A DNA stretch of 64,000 nt, taken from contig JAXHLW010000001.1 of NCBI GenBank assembly GCA_034521815.1, positions 224,001 to 288,000 of the forward strand, in the 5' to 3' direction. Origin of the DNA: Trueperaceae bacterium (GTDB lineage: Bacteria > Deinococcota > Deinococci > Deinococcales > Trueperaceae). Position 1 is the stretch's first letter, and each line of letters opens with the position of its first letter. The notes beneath the pieces are model-generated. The model searched no databases, had not been told where the DNA came from, and worked only from the letters and a program-made list of their open reading frames with translations. A program made the position numbers and the translations under genes. Positions 11,020-24,474 of the stretch are shown here, one piece after another.

Positions 11020-12222
11020 ATGACGCACTCCTGGATCGCGACCGCACGCGCCGAGATGGCCCGACAGGGACTCGCCGGTTGGCTTCTGTACGACTTCCGC
11101 GGCAGCAACCCGTTCGCCGCTCGCTTCCTCGACTTTCCCGGCAGCTTCCTGAGCCGGCGCGTGTTCGCGCTCGTGCCGGTCGAGGGACCCCCCGTGGTGC
11201 TCGTCAGCGTGCTCGAGGCGGGCTCGCTGCAGGCCGACGGCTTCGAGATCCGCAGCTACGCCGGCCGCGATTCGCTCGAGGAGGAGCTGCGGCGACTGAT
11301 CCCGTCCGGGAAGATCGCGATGGAGGTCTCGCCGCGGGCCGACCTGCCCTACGTCTCGGTCGTCGACGCCGGCACGGTCCAGCTCGTCGAGGACCTCGGC
11401 GGCCAGGTCGTCTCCTCGGGCGAGCTGCTGCAGGCGTTCGCCGCCTGGAGCGAGCGGCAGATCCGGGATCATCGCGAGGCCGCCGCGGGCGTGATGGCGG
11501 TGCTCGACGAGGCGTTCGCGTTCGTGCGAGCACGGACCGAGGCCGGCGAGGAGCTGCGCGAGACGCAGGTCCAGGACGTCATCGCCGACGGCTTCGAGCG
11601 GCGCGGTCTGGTGTACGAGCACCGGGCGATCGTCGGGTTCGGACCGAACGCGGGCGATCCGCACTACTCGCCGCGGACCGGATCGGACCGTGTGCTGACC
11701 CCCGGCGACCCGATCCTGATCGACCTGTTCGCGAGGAAACCGGACGAGGGCGCGCCGTACGGAGACGTCACCTGGATGGGCGTCTACGGCGAGCCCGAGC
11801 CCGCGTTCGTGCGCGCCTTCGAGGCCGTCGTCGCGGCCCGCGAGATCGGCGTCGACACGATCCGGACGGCGTGGGCCGAGGATCGTCGCCCGCAAGGGCG
11901 CGAGATCGACCGCGCGGTCCGCGATCACCTGGACGCGGCCGGCTACGAGGGCGCGTTCGTGCACCGCACCGGCCACAGCCTGGGTTGGCGCCACACGCAC
12001 GGCGAGGCGGTCCACCTCGACGACTTCGAGACGCGCGACGTGCGGACCTTGCGGCCCGGCATCGGCCTCACCATCGAGCCCGGCGTGTACCTCCCCGACT
12101 TCGGCGTCCGCAGCGAGCTCGACCTGATCCTGGGCGAGGACGGACCGGAGGTCACGACGGGCGAGCAGAGCGAGCTGGTGCGCGTGCCGCTGGGTCCGCA
12201 TCACGCAGCCGCGAGAGGGTGA
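11020..12222 (+). CDS. M24 family (Xaa-Pro) metallopeptidase
   Basis: WLLYDFRGSNP, GDPHY, LIDLFA, YGDVTW, HRTGHSLG, TIEPGVY, GVRSE. Confidence 0.88.
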   Translation: MTHSWIATARAEMARQGLAGWLLYDFRGSNPFAARFLDFPGSFLSRRVFALVPVEGPPVVLVSVLEAGSLQADGFEIRSYAGRDSLEEELRRLIPSGKIAMEVSPRADLPYVSVVDAGTVQLVEDLGGQVVSSGELLQAFAAWSERQIRDHREAAAGVMAVLDEAFAFVRARTEAGEELRETQVQDVIADGFERRGLVYEHRAIVGFGPNAGDPHYSPRTGSDRVLTPGDPILIDLFARKPDEGAPYGDVTWMGVYGEPEPAFVRAFEAVVAAREIGVDTIRTAWAEDRRPQGREIDRAVRDHLDAAGYEGAFVHRTGHSLGWRHTHGEAVHLDDFETRDVRTLRPGIGLTIEPGVYLPDFGVRSELDLILGEDGPEVTTGEQSELVRVPLGPHHAAARG

Positions 12223-12299
12223 TCTCCGCGCTCGACGAGGGCGTCGCCATCGCCCGCGTCGCCACGGTCGAAGCGGTCACCCGGTGCTAGCGTGAGCGC

Positions 12300-13265
12300 A
12301 TGACGAGCACCCTGTGGGTCGTCGGCGACTTCGCCTGGGACGTGCTGATCCGCACGAACACCGCCTTGCAGGCCGGCGGCGACACGTACGGCGAGGTGAA
12401 CCTGGCGCCGGGCGGCTCCGCGGCGAACGCCGCGGTGTGGGCGCGGCGCTGCGGCACCCCGACGGCGTTCGCCGGCAAGGTCGGGCGCGACCGGCTGGGC
12501 GACCTCGCCGAAGAGGAGCTGGAGGACGAACAGCTCGAGACGTGGCTGGTCCGGAGCGAGACGCAGGCGACCGGCTCGGTCGCGGTGTGGATCGACCACC
12601 AGGGCCAGCGCTCGATGGTGTCGGGCAAGGGGGCCGACCACTACCTTCTGCCCTCCGAGCTGCCGCGAGAGCAGCTTCGCGGCGCGAAGCATCTGCACCT
12701 CTCGGCCTGGTCGTTCTTCGCGAACCCGCCACGGACCGCGGTGCGCGAGGCGGCCAGGCTGGCGAAGAGCGGCGGCGCGACGGTGTCGTTCGACCCCGCC
12801 AGCTTCCAGCTGATCGAGCACACCGGTGTCGACCGGTTCATGCGCTTCACCGAGGGGCTCGGGATCGACCTGCTGTTCCCGAACGTCGACGAGGGGCGCG
12901 TCCTGTCGGGCGAGACCGACCCCGAGCGGATGATCCCCGCCCTGGCCGAGCGCTATCCGGGCACGCGGATCGTGCTGAAGCTCGACGCGAAGGGGGCCCG
13001 GGTGCAGACGTCGCCCAGCGAGAGCGTGCTCGTTCCGCCGGTCGAGAGCCAGCTGTTGGACGCCACCGGAGCGGGCGACGCCTTCGCCGGCGCGTTCCTG
13101 TCCCGCTGGCTGCGTGACGGCGACGCCGTCGACGCGACCCGCTTCGCGACCGGCGTCTCCGCCTGGGTGATCGAGCACATCGGTGCCCGCCCCAAGCCCG
13201 ACGCCCGGCTACGGGAGCGGTTGGCGTTCGACGAGGAGGAGCGAGCGTCGGCGGACGAGCCGTGA
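12300..13265 (+). CDS. PfkB family carbohydrate kinase
   Basis: [31 protein letters not shown]. Confidence 0.9.
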   Translation: MTSTLWVVGDFAWDVLIRTNTALQAGGDTYGEVNLAPGGSAANAAVWARRCGTPTAFAGKVGRDRLGDLAEEELEDEQLETWLVRSETQATGSVAVWIDHQGQRSMVSGKGADHYLLPSELPREQLRGAKHLHLSAWSFFANPPRTAVREAARLAKSGGATVSFDPASFQLIEHTGVDRFMRFTEGLGIDLLFPNVDEGRVLSGETDPERMIPALAERYPGTRIVLKLDAKGARVQTSPSESVLVPPVESQLLDATGAGDAFAGAFLSRWLRDGDAVDATRFATGVSAWVIEHIGARPKPDARLRERLAFDEEERASADEP

Positions 13266-14593
13266 ACGTCGGCGGTCCCGATCCCTCGTCCGCCAGCGGG
13301 TCCGACCGGCCGTCGGCCGAGCGGTCCGACGTGATCGTCGTCGGCGCCGGGCTGGCCGGCCTGACGGCGGCCCGCGAGCTGCGGCGGGCGGGTCGCTCGG
13401 TCGTCGTGCTCGAGGCGTCCGACCGGGTGGGCGGACGGGTTCGGACCGATCGGATCGACGGCTTCCTCGTCGACCGTGGCTTTCAGGTCCTGTTCCCGGC
13501 GTATCCGGCGTACCGTCGGCAGCTGCGGCGCGACGGGCCCGCCTTGGCGCACGTCCCGCCCAGCGCGGTGTTGCGCGACGGTCGGGGCCCGGTGGAGGTC
13601 GTGGGCGATCCCCTGCGCGATCCGGCCGTACGCGGCGCCCTGCCTACCTTGCGGTCGCTGGGCCCACTGGACCTGGCCCGGCTCGGACGGCTGGTGGCGG
13701 AGGTGCTCACGCAGCCGCCGCAGGCCTGTCTGGCCGGACCCGACGAGCCATCGTTCGCGTTTCTGGAGCGTCGCGGCTTCTCGGCGACGGCCCGCACGCG
13801 CTTCTTCGTGCCGTTCTTCGGTGGCGTGTTCCTGGATCGGGAGCTGCGCACCAGCGCCCGCCTGCTCCGCTACGTGCTGCGGATGCTGGTGCTGGGGGGT
13901 GCTGCGCGGCCGGTCGGCGGGATGGAGAGGATCCCCGAGGCGCTGGCGCGCGGGAGCGACGTTCGGACGGGGCGGCGGGTGGACCGCCTGCACGCGGACG
14001 GAGACGAGGTGCAGGTGGTCTTGACCGCAGGGGGCGGCATGACGGCGCGCGACGTCGTGGTCGCGACCGATCCGCCCGAGGCGGCCAGGTTGGCGCACGT
14101 GGCCGTCCCTCCCGGCGCGCGCGGTGCGATCTACCTGGCCTTCGCCGCGCCCGCCGGCATCGACGACGAACCCAGGCTGATCCTCGGGGACGGAGGTCCC
14201 GTGAACGACGCCTGCTGGCTGTCGAACGGCGATCCCACCCTCGCTCCGCCCGGTCGCGCGCTGCTGTCGGTCACGGTGCTGGAGGCGGCCGACCCCGAGC
14301 GCGACGACGAGGCGCTGACGAGGCGGGTCCGTGCGACGCTGCGCGGCTGGTACGGCCCGCGCGCGTCCGAGCTGGAGCTCTTGCGCCTGCTGCGGATCCC
14401 CTACGCCCAGTTCGCGCAACCACCGGGCATCGGCGGCTTGCTGGCCCCGGTTCGTACGCCCGTGCCGCACGTGTGGCTGGCGTCCGAGGCGACCCGCGGC
14501 TGCTCGATCCAGGGCGCCATCGAGGGCGGCGAGCAGGCGGCCGCCGCGATCCTCTCGGACGCCGCCGTGCTGGGACGGCCGCGAGGCGCCTGA
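13262..14593 (+). CDS. FAD-dependent oxidoreductase (amine oxidase/protoporphyrinogen oxidase-like)
   Basis: [35 protein letters not shown]. Confidence 0.85.
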   Translation: MNVGGPDPSSASGSDRPSAERSDVIVVGAGLAGLTAARELRRAGRSVVVLEASDRVGGRVRTDRIDGFLVDRGFQVLFPAYPAYRRQLRRDGPALAHVPPSAVLRDGRGPVEVVGDPLRDPAVRGALPTLRSLGPLDLARLGRLVAEVLTQPPQACLAGPDEPSFAFLERRGFSATARTRFFVPFFGGVFLDRELRTSARLLRYVLRMLVLGGAARPVGGMERIPEALARGSDVRTGRRVDRLHADGDEVQVVLTAGGGMTARDVVVATDPPEAARLAHVAVPPGARGAIYLAFAAPAGIDDEPRLILGDGGPVNDACWLSNGDPTLAPPGRALLSVTVLEAADPERDDEALTRRVRATLRGWYGPRASELELLRLLRIPYAQFAQPPGIGGLLAPVRTPVPHVWLASEATRGCSIQGAIEGGEQAAAAILSDAAVLGRPRGA

Positions 14594-14633
14594 GCGCCAG
14601 GTCGGCGAGCGGTCGCAGCCGTGCGGCCCGGGC

Positions 14634-15847
<1,214 letters not shown>

Positions 15848-15851
<4 letters not shown>

Positions 15852-16489
15852 GACGCCGCCTCCGTGTCGTCGCCCGAGAGGGCGGCGGCCCTCGCGGCGT
15901 AGCGGGCCATGATGTCCGCCTCCAGGTTGACCTGGTCGCCGGGGTGCAGGTCGCCCAGCGTGGTGACCTGGAGCGTGTGCGGAATCAGCCACAGCGTGAA
16001 GGTGTCGGCCGCCATCGCCGGGTCGGTGCCGCCGGGCCCCCCGACGTCGACCACGGTGAGGCTGACGCCGTCGACGGTGATGCTCCCTTTCGGAACGAGC
16101 CAGCGAGCCAGCTCGTCCGGGGCCTCGACGCGGAGCACGGTGGCTCCCTCGTGGTCGGTCCGTGCGGTGACGGTGCCGACCCCCTCGACGTGTCCGGCGA
16201 CGACGTGCCCGCCGAAGCGCCCGTTCGCCGGCATGGCGCGTTCGAGGTTCACGGCAGCGCCCTCGTGCCAGCGCGGCGCGGTCGCGCGCACCGACTCGTC
16301 GGTCAGCTCGACCTCGAACGCCGGCGCGTCGACCGCGACGGCCGTCAGGCAGCAGCCCGACACGGCCACCGAGTCGCCGACCTTCAGATCGGAGAGGACC
16401 GCGTCGCCCTCGATCCGAAGGCGTAGATCTCCGTGCGTCCGACCGACCGCCGTGACGCGTCCGACCTCTTCCACGATCCCGGTGAACAT
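15848..16489 (-). CDS. ribE: Riboflavin synthase (alpha chain)
   Basis: [47 protein letters not shown]. Confidence 0.96.
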
Positions 16490-17760
16490 CAGATTCGTCC
16501 TTCCTGGACGGCGACCGTGCTGGCCGCGTCCTCGCTGGCCGCGTTGTCGTCGACGGCGCCTGCGACGGGGGCGGCCGGATAGCGGACGCGCCCGGTGAGC
16601 AGCAGGTCGGTTCCGCTGGTCTCGCTCCGCAGGTCGTCGAGCTCGAACGCCTCGTCCATGGTCGTGACGCCCATCCCGCCGAGCGGGGTGGCGCCGTTCC
16701 CTCCGAGCAGCTTGGGCCCGATGAACCAGGCCACCCGGTCGATGGCTCTCGCCTCGAGGAACGACCAGGCGAGGGTTCCGCCGCCTTCCAGCAGCACGCT
16801 GCGCACCTCGCGCCGGTGAAGCTCCCCGAGCGCGCCACGGACCGACGGTCGTCCCTTCGGACCGTCCAGCGTCACGACCTCCGCGCCCACGTCGCGCAGC
16901 GCGGCGATGCGGTCGCCGGGCGCCGACGGGCCCACGAACACCGTGACCCGGGCCGGCGCGCCGCCTGCGTCCGGCGCCAAGAGCGCCGCGCCCGTCGGCG
17001 TGCGAGCCAGCGAGTCGAACACGACCTTGCGCGGAGTCCGGCCGTGCTCGACGCGGGCCGTCAGCCGCGGATCGTCGAGCAGCACGGTGGACACGCCGAC
17101 GGCGACGGCGTCGAGCTCGTGCCGCCAGCGCTGGACGCGTTCCCTCGAGGCCTCCCCGGTGATCCAGCGGGAATGCCCCGTGCGGGTGGCGATCTTGCCG
17201 TCCAGCGTCATCGCCGTCTTGTACAGCACGAACGGCCGGCTCAGAAGCTGCGAGGTGCGGAACACCTCGTTCTGACGCTCCGCCTCGTCGCCGCGGACGC
17301 CGACATCGACCGCGACACCGGCGTCGCGAAGTCGGCGGACGCCGGAGCCGTCGACCAGCGGGTTCGGATCGAGGGTCGCGACGACCACGCGTCGCACCCC
17401 TGCATCGATCAGCGCCAGGCTGCACGGCGGCGTACGGCCGTGGTGATCGCACGGCTCCAGGGTGACGTAGGCGGTAGCCCCCTTCGCCGCATCGCCGGCC
17501 TCGCGCAAGGCGACGATCTCGGCGTGGTCCTCGCCCGCCCGCCGGTGGTACCCCTCGCCCACGATCGCGCCGTCGCTCACCAGAACGCATCCCACCAGCG
17601 GGTTGGGCGAGGTGGTTCCGCGGCCCTGCTCGGCGAGGTCGAGGGCGCGCGCCATGAAGCGCTCGTCGGCGTCGGATGGGTCGGTCGGGCCCCGCGGGTC
17701 CGGGTGTTCTCGGGTCCACTCCATGCGGTCGCGTGCGCGAGGGTCGTCGCGCCGCTCCAC
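16489..17760 (-). CDS. ribD: Bifunctional riboflavin deaminase/reductase
   Basis: [42 protein letters not shown]. Start may be 17760 or 17724. Confidence 0.95.
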   Translation of the reverse strand: MERRDDPRARDRMEWTREHPDPRGPTDPSDADERFMARALDLAEQGRGTTSPNPLVGCVLVSDGAIVGEGYHRRAGEDHAEIVALREAGDAAKGATAYVTLEPCDHHGRTPPCSLALIDAGVRRVVVATLDPNPLVDGSGVRRLRDAGVAVDVGVRGDEAERQNEVFRTSQLLSRPFVLYKTAMTLDGKIATRTGHSRWITGEASRERVQRWRHELDAVAVGVSTVLLDDPRLTARVEHGRTPRKVVFDSLARTPTGAALLAPDAGGAPARVTVFVGPSAPGDRIAALRDVGAEVVTLDGPKGRPSVRGALGELHRREVRSVLLEGGGTLAWSFLEARAIDRVAWFIGPKLLGGNGATPLGGMGVTTMDEAFELDDLRSETSGTDLLLTGRVRYPAAPVAGAVDDNAASEDAASTVAVQEGRI

Positions 17761-17761
17761 C

Positions 17762-17886
17762 TCCTTCTCTCATCCGGACTGTCACCGTCGGTGCCGGAGT
17801 CTCACCGGCTCGGGCCTTTCGGCTTCGCGGACTCGCGCTCGTGCGCTCACCGCCGGTCGGGGATTTCACCCTGCCCTGAAGGATGC
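17762..17886 (-). ncRNA. FMN riboswitch (RFN element)
   Basis: Minus strand reads UCCUUCAGGGCAGGGUGAAAUCCCCGACCGGCGGU...AGUCCGCGA...GAGCCGGUGAGACUCCGGCACCGACGGUGACAGUCCGGAUGAGAGAAGGA, immediately 5' of ribD. Confidence 0.95.
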
Positions 17887-18022
17887 GTTCGTGCCGTGGC
17901 CCTTGTCTCGGGGCCGCGCAGGAAGTATAAAGCGACCGCCGGGTCCGCACCGTAGGCCGTGCGTCCGACAGGGCGCGTCGGTGCTCCGTCCGACGCGGAC
18001 GCACCGCTGGCATGATGGGCGC

Positions 18023-19336
18023 ATGGATCACGAACACGTTCTAGGTGCCTACGCCGACCTCGCCGTTCAGGTGGGCGTCGGCCTTCGCGCAGGGCAGCGG
18101 CTGTTGCTGCGCAGCCCGCTGACCGCCGCACCGCTGGCCCGCCGCATCGTGGCGGCCGCCTACCGGGCAGGCTCGCCGTACGTGCACGTCCAGTGGACCG
18201 ACGAGGAGGTGACCAAGGCGCGCTACCTGCTGGCGCCGGAGGGAAGCTTCGAGGAGGTTCCGCTCGGCCAGGCCGAGGCGCTCGAGGCGATGGCCGAACG
18301 CGGCGACGCGCTGGTCTCGATCTCCGCCTCCGATCCCGAGGCGTTGGCGGCGGCCGATCCGGAGCGGGTCGCGACCGGTCGGGCCGCGCTGCAGCGAGCG
18401 CTGGCGCCGTTCACGCGCCACGTGATGGCGGACCGGGTGCCCTGGACGATCCTGGCCGTTCCGACACCGGCCTGGGCCTGCAAGGTGTTCCCGGACGCGA
18501 GCGAGGAGACGGCGGTCGCGAAGCTGTGGGACGCCATCCTGACGGCGACGCGGATGGATCTCGCCGATCCGGTCGCGGCTTGGCGCGAGCACGTCGCGAC
18601 GCTCGAGGCGCGCGCCGCACGCCTCGATCGACGGGCGTACCACGCCCTCAGGTTCCGCGGGCCGGGGACGGATCTGGTCGTCGGGCTGGCCGACGGGCAC
18701 GTCTGGAAGGGGGGCGCCAGCGTCACGCCGACGGGCCAGACGTTCGTCCCGAACCTGCCCACCGAGGAGGTCTTTACCGCTCCTCACCGTGAGCGTGTCG
18801 ATGGCACCGTACGCGCCAGCCTGCCTCTCGCGTACGGCGGACGTCTGATCGAGGGGTTCCGGCTCCGCTTCGAGCGTGGCCGGGTGGTCGAGGCGCATGC
18901 CGACCGCGGACAGGAGGTGCTCGATCGGTTGTTGGACACCGACGAGGGCGCCCGCAGGCTGGGCGAGGTCGCGTTGGTGTCGGTCGATAGCCCGATCCAC
19001 CGCAGCGGCCTGTTGTTCCTGAACACCCTCTTCGACGAGAACGCCGCCAGCCATCTGGCCTTGGGTCGGGCGTACCGCTTCTGCTTGGCTGGCGGGGTCG
19101 AGGCCGACGACGAGACGGTCGCAGCCGCCGGGCTGAACGAGAGCCTGGTCCACGTCGACTTCATGATCGGCTCGCCCGAGATCGACGTCGACGGCGTGCA
19201 CGCGGACGGCGCGTCCGAGCCGGTGATGCGGGACGGCCGGTTCGTCAGGTTGACCGGCGATCGTGGGCCCGGGCCCGGTCCCGCTGGGCGACGACCCAGC
19301 GACGGGCGCCGGGTCGCTGGTATCGTCGCGACATGA
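18023..19336 (+). CDS. M29 family aminopeptidase (AmpT/PepS-like)
   Basis: [50 protein letters not shown]. The last ~28 aa look like readthrough. Confidence 0.92.
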   Translation: MDHEHVLGAYADLAVQVGVGLRAGQRLLLRSPLTAAPLARRIVAAAYRAGSPYVHVQWTDEEVTKARYLLAPEGSFEEVPLGQAEALEAMAERGDALVSISASDPEALAAADPERVATGRAALQRALAPFTRHVMADRVPWTILAVPTPAWACKVFPDASEETAVAKLWDAILTATRMDLADPVAAWREHVATLEARAARLDRRAYHALRFRGPGTDLVVGLADGHVWKGGASVTPTGQTFVPNLPTEEVFTAPHRERVDGTVRASLPLAYGGRLIEGFRLRFERGRVVEAHADRGQEVLDRLLDTDEGARRLGEVALVSVDSPIHRSGLLFLNTLFDENAASHLALGRAYRFCLAGGVEADDETVAAAGLNESLVHVDFMIGSPEIDVDGVHADGASEPVMRDGRFVRLTGDRGPGPGPAGRRPSDGRRVAGIVAT

Positions 19337-21669
19337 CGCCACCCCCGAGCGACGTCGGCGACGGACGGCCGGCAGGACGCCCTTCCGCGCCGAGCGACGC
19401 GGGAGCGCCGGGAGCGCCGGGAGCGTCAGGACCGACACCGACGATCCGCGCCCGCGCCCGAGAGCTTCTTCAGCAGGTCTGGGGCTATCAGGACTTTCTA
19501 GGTCTGCAAGGCGACGTGATCGAGCACGTCGCTGCGGGCGGCGACGCGCTGGTGCTGATGCCGACCGGCGGAGGCAAGTCGATCTGCTACCAGCTTCCGG
19601 CCCTGTTGCGCGACGGGGTCGCCGTCGTCGTCTCGCCCCTCATCGCGCTGATGCAGGATCAGGTCGTCGCGCTGCGGAACGTCGGCGTGCGCGCCGCGTT
19701 CCTGAACTCGTCGCTGGAGCCCGCTGCCCGACGGGAGGTCGAGGCGGACCTCGAGGCGGGCCGGCTCGACCTCCTGTACGTCGCGCCCGAGCGCCTCGTG
19801 ACGGCCGACTTCCTCCGCCGGCTCGAGCGGGTGCCCCTGGCCCTGTTCGCGATCGACGAGGCGCACTGCGTCTCGCAGTGGGGGCACGACTTCCGGCCCG
19901 AGTACATCGCTCTGGACGTGCTGGCCGAGCGCTTCCCGAACGTCCCGCGCATCGCGCTGACCGCCACGGCCGACGCGGTGACCCGCCGCGAGATGGCCCA
20001 GCGGCTACGCCTCGAGGATGCGCGCCGCTACACCAGCAGCTTCGACCGGCCGAACATCCGCTACACCGTCGTCGACAAACAGAACGCCCGCCAGCAGCTC
20101 CTGCGGTTCTATCGCGACCGGCACCAGGGCGACGCCGGGATCGTCTACTGCCTGTCGCGGAAATCGGTCGACTCGACCGCGCAGTGGCTCCGCCGGGAGG
20201 GCGTCGACGCGGTCGCGTACCATGCCGGCCTCGATCGCGAGACGCGCGCCGCGCACCAGGAGCGGTTCCTTCGCGAGGACGGCGTGGTCGTCGTGGCCAC
20301 CATCGCGTTCGGAATGGGGATCGACAAGCCGGACGTCCGGTTCGTGGCGCACCTCGACCTGCCCAAGAGCCTCGAGGGGTACTACCAGGAGACCGGGCGG
20401 GCGGGGCGTGACGGCGATCCGGCCGACGCGTTCCTGACCTACGGCCTCCAGGACGTGGTGCAGGTTCGGCGTCTGCTCGCGTCCAGCGACGGCGGCGAAG
20501 AACATGCACGGGTCACGCAGCAGCGGCTCGAGGCGCTGCTGGGCTTCTGCGAGACGGCCGGGTGCCGCCGCCAGGTGCTGCTGCGCTACTTCGGCGAGAC
20601 GCTGGAGGAGCGCTGCGGGAACTGCGACACCTGCCTCACGCCGGTCCGTACCTTCGACGGCACCGTCGCCGCGCAGAAGCTGCTCTCGACCGTCGTCCGA
20701 ACCGGCCAGCGCTTCGGCGCGGGGCACCTCACCGACGTGCTGCTGGGCAAGCGCACCAAGCGCGTCGAGGCGCTCGGCCACGCCGAGCTCAGTACCTTCG
20801 GCATCGGCACCGAGCTGGACGAGAAGGGCTGGCGGTCGGTGGCTCGCCAGCTGGTGGCCGGCGGCCAGCTGGTGACCGACGCGGAGGGGCACGGCTCGCT
20901 GCGCGTCGGTCCCGTCGCCGGTCCGGTGCTGCGCGGCGAGACCGCCGTGGAGCTGCGCGAGGACCGGACCCCGGTCGGCGTCAAGGGGCGCGGTGCGCCG
21001 AAGCGGCGCCGCAGCGTCGACGAGCTCCCAGGCGACGCTCGCGAGCGGTTCGAGGCGTTGCGCGCCGTCCGTGCCGAGATCGCGCGCGAGTCCGGCGTAC
21101 CGCCCTATGTCGTGTTCCACGACGCCACGCTCCGCGAGATGGCGGAACGGGTGCCCCTCGACGCGGCAGGGCTGGGAACGGTCCAAGGGGTCGGCGCCAC
21201 CAAGCTCGAGCGGTACGGCGACAGGTTCCTGGCGGTGCTCCGCGAGGTCGCGCCCGAGTCTCCGGTCGCCGCGCCCGTCCCCGCCCGCTCCACGTCGGTC
21301 CCCGCGCCCGCCGCCGGCACCGCGCCGCTGGCGTTCGACGCGACGCCGGACGAGGAAGGCGACACCGTCGAGCGCACCCGCGCGCTGATCCTCGACGGTT
21401 TCGCTCCGGAAGCGGTCGCCGCCGAGCGCAACCTCAAGCTGCGCACGGTCGAGCGGCACCTGGCCGAGCTGGTCGCCCGGGGCGACCTGACGGTGCAGGA
21501 GGCGACCGGCCTCGATGCGGCGAGGATCGCCGAGATCGAGGCGGCGGCCGTGGCCCTGCCGGACGAGGTGCGCGGACGCCTGCGGCCGCTGCGCGACGCC
21601 CTCGGCGGACGCTACGAGTACGGCGTGCTGCGCTGCGTGCTCAGCGGTCTGGACCCCGCCGGCCCGTGA
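19333..21669 (+). CDS. recQ: DNA helicase RecQ (helicase, Zn/RQC, HRDC, C-terminal HTH)
   Basis: [78 protein letters not shown]. Confidence 0.97.
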   Translation: MTPPPSDVGDGRPAGRPSAPSDAGAPGAPGASGPTPTIRARARELLQQVWGYQDFLGLQGDVIEHVAAGGDALVLMPTGGGKSICYQLPALLRDGVAVVVSPLIALMQDQVVALRNVGVRAAFLNSSLEPAARREVEADLEAGRLDLLYVAPERLVTADFLRRLERVPLALFAIDEAHCVSQWGHDFRPEYIALDVLAERFPNVPRIALTATADAVTRREMAQRLRLEDARRYTSSFDRPNIRYTVVDKQNARQQLLRFYRDRHQGDAGIVYCLSRKSVDSTAQWLRREGVDAVAYHAGLDRETRAAHQERFLREDGVVVVATIAFGMGIDKPDVRFVAHLDLPKSLEGYYQETGRAGRDGDPADAFLTYGLQDVVQVRRLLASSDGGEEHARVTQQRLEALLGFCETAGCRRQVLLRYFGETLEERCGNCDTCLTPVRTFDGTVAAQKLLSTVVRTGQRFGAGHLTDVLLGKRTKRVEALGHAELSTFGIGTELDEKGWRSVARQLVAGGQLVTDAEGHGSLRVGPVAGPVLRGETAVELREDRTPVGVKGRGAPKRRRSVDELPGDARERFEALRAVRAEIARESGVPPYVVFHDATLREMAERVPLDAAGLGTVQGVGATKLERYGDRFLAVLREVAPESPVAAPVPARSTSVPAPAAGTAPLAFDATPDEEGDTVERTRALILDGFAPEAVAAERNLKLRTVERHLAELVARGDLTVQEATGLDAARIAEIEAAAVALPDEVRGRLRPLRDALGGRYEYGVLRCVLSGLDPAGP

Positions 21670-21679
21670 GGCCAGCCGG

Positions 21680-22867
21680 TCAGAAGCGGACGGCGATCCC
21701 CGCCGCCACCGTCGGGTAGAGCCGGCCGTACGCGTAGCCCGGCGCGCCCGCCGGCTCGTTCGCGTAGGAATCCACCATCCCCTCGACGAAGGCGGAAGTC
21801 GGACCGAACAGGCCGATCTCGAGTCCCAGCAAGCCGCTGGCGAACGCCCCTTCGGCCGCCTGGCCGGCGCCGGCGGCGTCGACCTGGACCCCGCCGCCGA
21901 GTCCCAGGTAGCCGCGGACGCGGCCGTCGCCGAGGGGCATGCGGTGGGTCAGGTGGGCCGCGACCGAGATGGCGCGGGCGTCGTTCGGGCTCTGCCGGCC
22001 GTAGTCGATCGTGGCGCGAAGGCCGATCGGTCCGAGCAGGTCGTCGTAGCCGGCGACCAGGCGGAGCGGGACGCGATCGTTCGACTCGCTCACGGCGGCG
22101 AAGCCGAGGTAGAACGGGGAACGCTCCGCCAGCGGAGTGGCGGACCCCGTGCCGGTCCGTTCGTCGCCGGCGTCGGGCGTCGGCTCGAAAAGCGGCTCTT
22201 CCCGCGTCCCGACACCTGGCATGGCCGCCCGTCCAGGTTCCTGGACCGGTCCGGCGGCGCCCTCACCGGGAGCGCCGTCACCGGGAGCGCTCTCACCCGC
22301 GGCTCCGGCCGGACCTCGCGGCCCCACCGGCCCTTTGGTACTGGGAGCTCCCGTGCCGGGAGAACCTTCCGGTCCCCGCGTCCCGACCGGCCCGGATGCC
22401 GGCTGGACCTCGGCCAGCGCCTCGCGGAGACGTTCGACCTCGGCGCTCAGCGATTCCACCCGGCGCTCCAGCTGTGCGACGCGGACCGGGGCGGTCTCGC
22501 CCGTGTCGCCGGTCTCGAGCGCCGACACGCGCGCCCTGAGCGCGCTCAGCTCGCCATCGAGCCGGGCTACGGCGTCGCGCAGCACGTCGATGTCGTCGTC
22601 GGCGAAGGCGGCCATGGCGCCGATGTTCCGGTCGATCACGTCCAGGAGCCGGCCGACGACGACAGCGGCTTGGTAGCGCGTGAATGCGTCGTCGCCCAGG
22701 AAGGTGCCGTCGGGATGCCCGATGACGATGCCGAGGTCGGCGATCCGGTCGACGGCGTCCGCGGCCCAGTGTCCTTCCGGGACGTCGATGAACGAGGGCT
22801 GCGCGAAAACGCCGCCGGTGCTCGCCAGCAGCGCGAGGAGGAGAAGATGGAGGGTTCGGCGTCGCAT
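21680..22867 (-). CDS. SLH-domain outer-membrane protein with degenerate collagen-like segment
   Basis: Signal peptide; SLH FIDVPEGHWA...IVIGHPDGTF...TRYQAA; coiled coil; GXY fragments; beta-strand C-terminus ending in F. Confidence 0.85.
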   Translation of the reverse strand: MRRRTLHLLLLALLASTGGVFAQPSFIDVPEGHWAADAVDRIADLGIVIGHPDGTFLGDDAFTRYQAAVVVGRLLDVIDRNIGAMAAFADDDIDVLRDAVARLDGELSALRARVSALETGDTGETAPVRVAQLERRVESLSAEVERLREALAEVQPASGPVGTRGPEGSPGTGAPSTKGPVGPRGPAGAAGESAPGDGAPGEGAAGPVQEPGRAAMPGVGTREEPLFEPTPDAGDERTGTGSATPLAERSPFYLGFAAVSESNDRVPLRLVAGYDDLLGPIGLRATIDYGRQSPNDARAISVAAHLTHRMPLGDGRVRGYLGLGGGVQVDAAGAGQAAEGAFASGLLGLEIGLFGPTSAFVEGMVDSYANEPAGAPGYAYGRLYPTVAAGIAVRF

Positions 22868-23084
22868 GGGTGCTTCCTCTCGGGTCGTCCGGATCGGCCA
22901 GAACCGGTGCGGAAAGGGCGCCGCCCGCCTGGGCGGCATCTCGCTCTCGGGCTCCCTCACTCTAGTGCCCCGCTGCGCGCCCGGCCGCTCGGTCGACACC
23001 GCCGCGGGCGTGCTGGCCGGGTGGCGCGCGGCGGTGGGCGGCGCACGCGGTGGGCGACAGGGCGCGAGTGAACGCGGTGCAGCA

Positions 23085-23156
23085 CGCGTCGGCCCCGGAC
23101 GGATGCCCGGGGCCGACGCGATCGAGTTCGGGCCGGACCCGAAAGGTCCGGCCGAA
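23085..23156. repeat. Two GC-rich hairpins between the SLH paralogues
   Basis: CGCGTCGGCCCCGG-N8-CCGGGGCCGACGCG (23085-23120) and GCCGGACC-CGAAA-GGTCCGGC (~23132-23152). No clear U-tract. Confidence 0.6.
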
Positions 23157-23162
23157 GCGGGT

Positions 23163-24317
23163 CTAGAAGCGGAAGGCGACGCCGACGGCGACGGTCGGGT
23201 AGAGCTGCTCGTAGGCGTAGTCGGGCGAGCCGGCCGGGGGCGCGGTGAAGTAGTAGTCGACCATGCCCTCGACGAACAGCGAGGTGCTCCCGAAGAGGCC
23301 GTAGTCGACGCCCAGCAGACCGCCGGCGAACAGTCCTTCGGCCGCTTGGCCGGAGTTGGCCATGTCGACCTGGTACCCGGCGCCAGCACCGACGTAGGTG
23401 CCCAGGCGACCGAGGTCCAGCCGGTAGGTGAGGTGGGCGGCGGCGGCGATCGACGCGGCGTCGATCGGGCTCTGGCGACCGTAGTCGAACGTGGCGCGCA
23501 AGCCGATCGGGCCGAGCAGGTCGTCGTAGCCGACGATCAGGCGTGCCGGGACGCGGTCGTTGAGCTCGCTCACGGCGGCGAGGCCGATGTAGAGCGGCGA
23601 GCGCGCGTCGCGTGGCGCGGCCATGGGCTCACGGTCCTCGACCTCGGGCTCGACCTCGGCCTCGGCCGGCTCGAGATCGGTGGGCGGGGCGGCGGCGGGC
23701 TCGCCGGCGGGTCCCTGCGGTCCGGTCGGACCCATCGGGCCTTCAGGCCCGGTCGGTCCCTGCGGACCTTCCGGTCCCTGCGGTCCGGTCGGACCCATCG
23801 GGCCTTCGGGGCCCTGCGGTCCGGTCGGACCCATCGGGCCTTCGGGGCCCTGCGGACCGGGGGTGGTCTCGACGTCGTCGAGCGCAGCGCGCAGGCTGTC
23901 GACCTCCGCGCGCAGCGACTCGACCTGACGCTCGAGCTCGTTGACGCGGGAGACGCCCATATCGGCGCTCTCGAGCGACGCGACGCGCGCGTCGATCTCG
24001 GCGAGCTCGTCGGCGAACCCGTTCATGACGTCGCGGAGCAGGGCGATGTCGTCGTCCGTCATCGCGGCCATGGCGCCGATGTTCTGGTCGATCACGTCGA
24101 GGAGCCGGCTGACGACGAGGGCGGCCTGGTAGCGCGTGAACGCCTCGCTGCCGCGGAAGCTGCCGTCGGGATAGCCGATGACGATGCCGAGGTCGGCGAT
24201 GCGCTCGACCGCGTCGCCGGCCCAGTGACCGTCGGGCACGTCGACGAACGACGATTGCGCCATCGCGCCACCGCCGAGCGTCATCAGCGCGAGAAGTAGG
24301 AGGAGAGTTCGTTTCAT
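23163..24317 (-). CDS. SLH-domain outer-membrane protein with collagen triple-helix repeat
   Basis: Signal peptide; [13 protein letters not shown]...[10 protein letters not shown]...TRYQAA; coiled coil; 18 GXY triplets; barrel-like C-terminus ending VGVAFRF. Confidence 0.88.
   Translation of the reverse strand: MKRTLLLLLALMTLGGGAMAQSSFVDVPDGHWAGDAVERIADLGIVIGYPDGSFRGSEAFTRYQAALVVSRLLDVIDQNIGAMAAMTDDDIALLRDVMNGFADELAEIDARVASLESADMGVSRVNELERQVESLRAEVDSLRAALDDVETTPGPQGPEGPMGPTGPQGPEGPMGPTGPQGPEGPQGPTGPEGPMGPTGPQGPAGEPAAAPPTDLEPAEAEVEPEVEDREPMAAPRDARSPLYIGLAAVSELNDRVPARLIVGYDDLLGPIGLRATFDYGRQSPIDAASIAAAAHLTYRLDLGRLGTYVGAGAGYQVDMANSGQAAEGLFAGGLLGVDYGLFGSTSLFVEGMVDYYFTAPPAGSPDYAYEQLYPTVAVGVAFRF
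23697..23858 (-). repeat. Collagen-like (Gly-Pro-X)17-Gly-Glu-Pro coding repeat
   Basis: [12 protein letters not shown] units, with a 36-nt DNA periodicity. Confidence 0.92.
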
Positions 24318-24474
24318 CGTTTGCGTCCTTTCGAAAGGCCGTTCCCACATCGGTGGTCACGGGTCGGAAGCCACCCTCGCGGGAGCCACTCATCAGTCTA
24401 AGGCCCACTCGTGAGTACAGGGATTCATTCGTACATGCGCGTGCGGGACGCGCCCGGCCGACGTATCCTCGGGC

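Noticed and set aside
19250-19336. C-terminal extension of the M29 peptidase as a functional domain
   Set aside because: Low complexity and overlaps the recQ promoter; an off-frame TGA at 19251 suggests an indel or readthrough.
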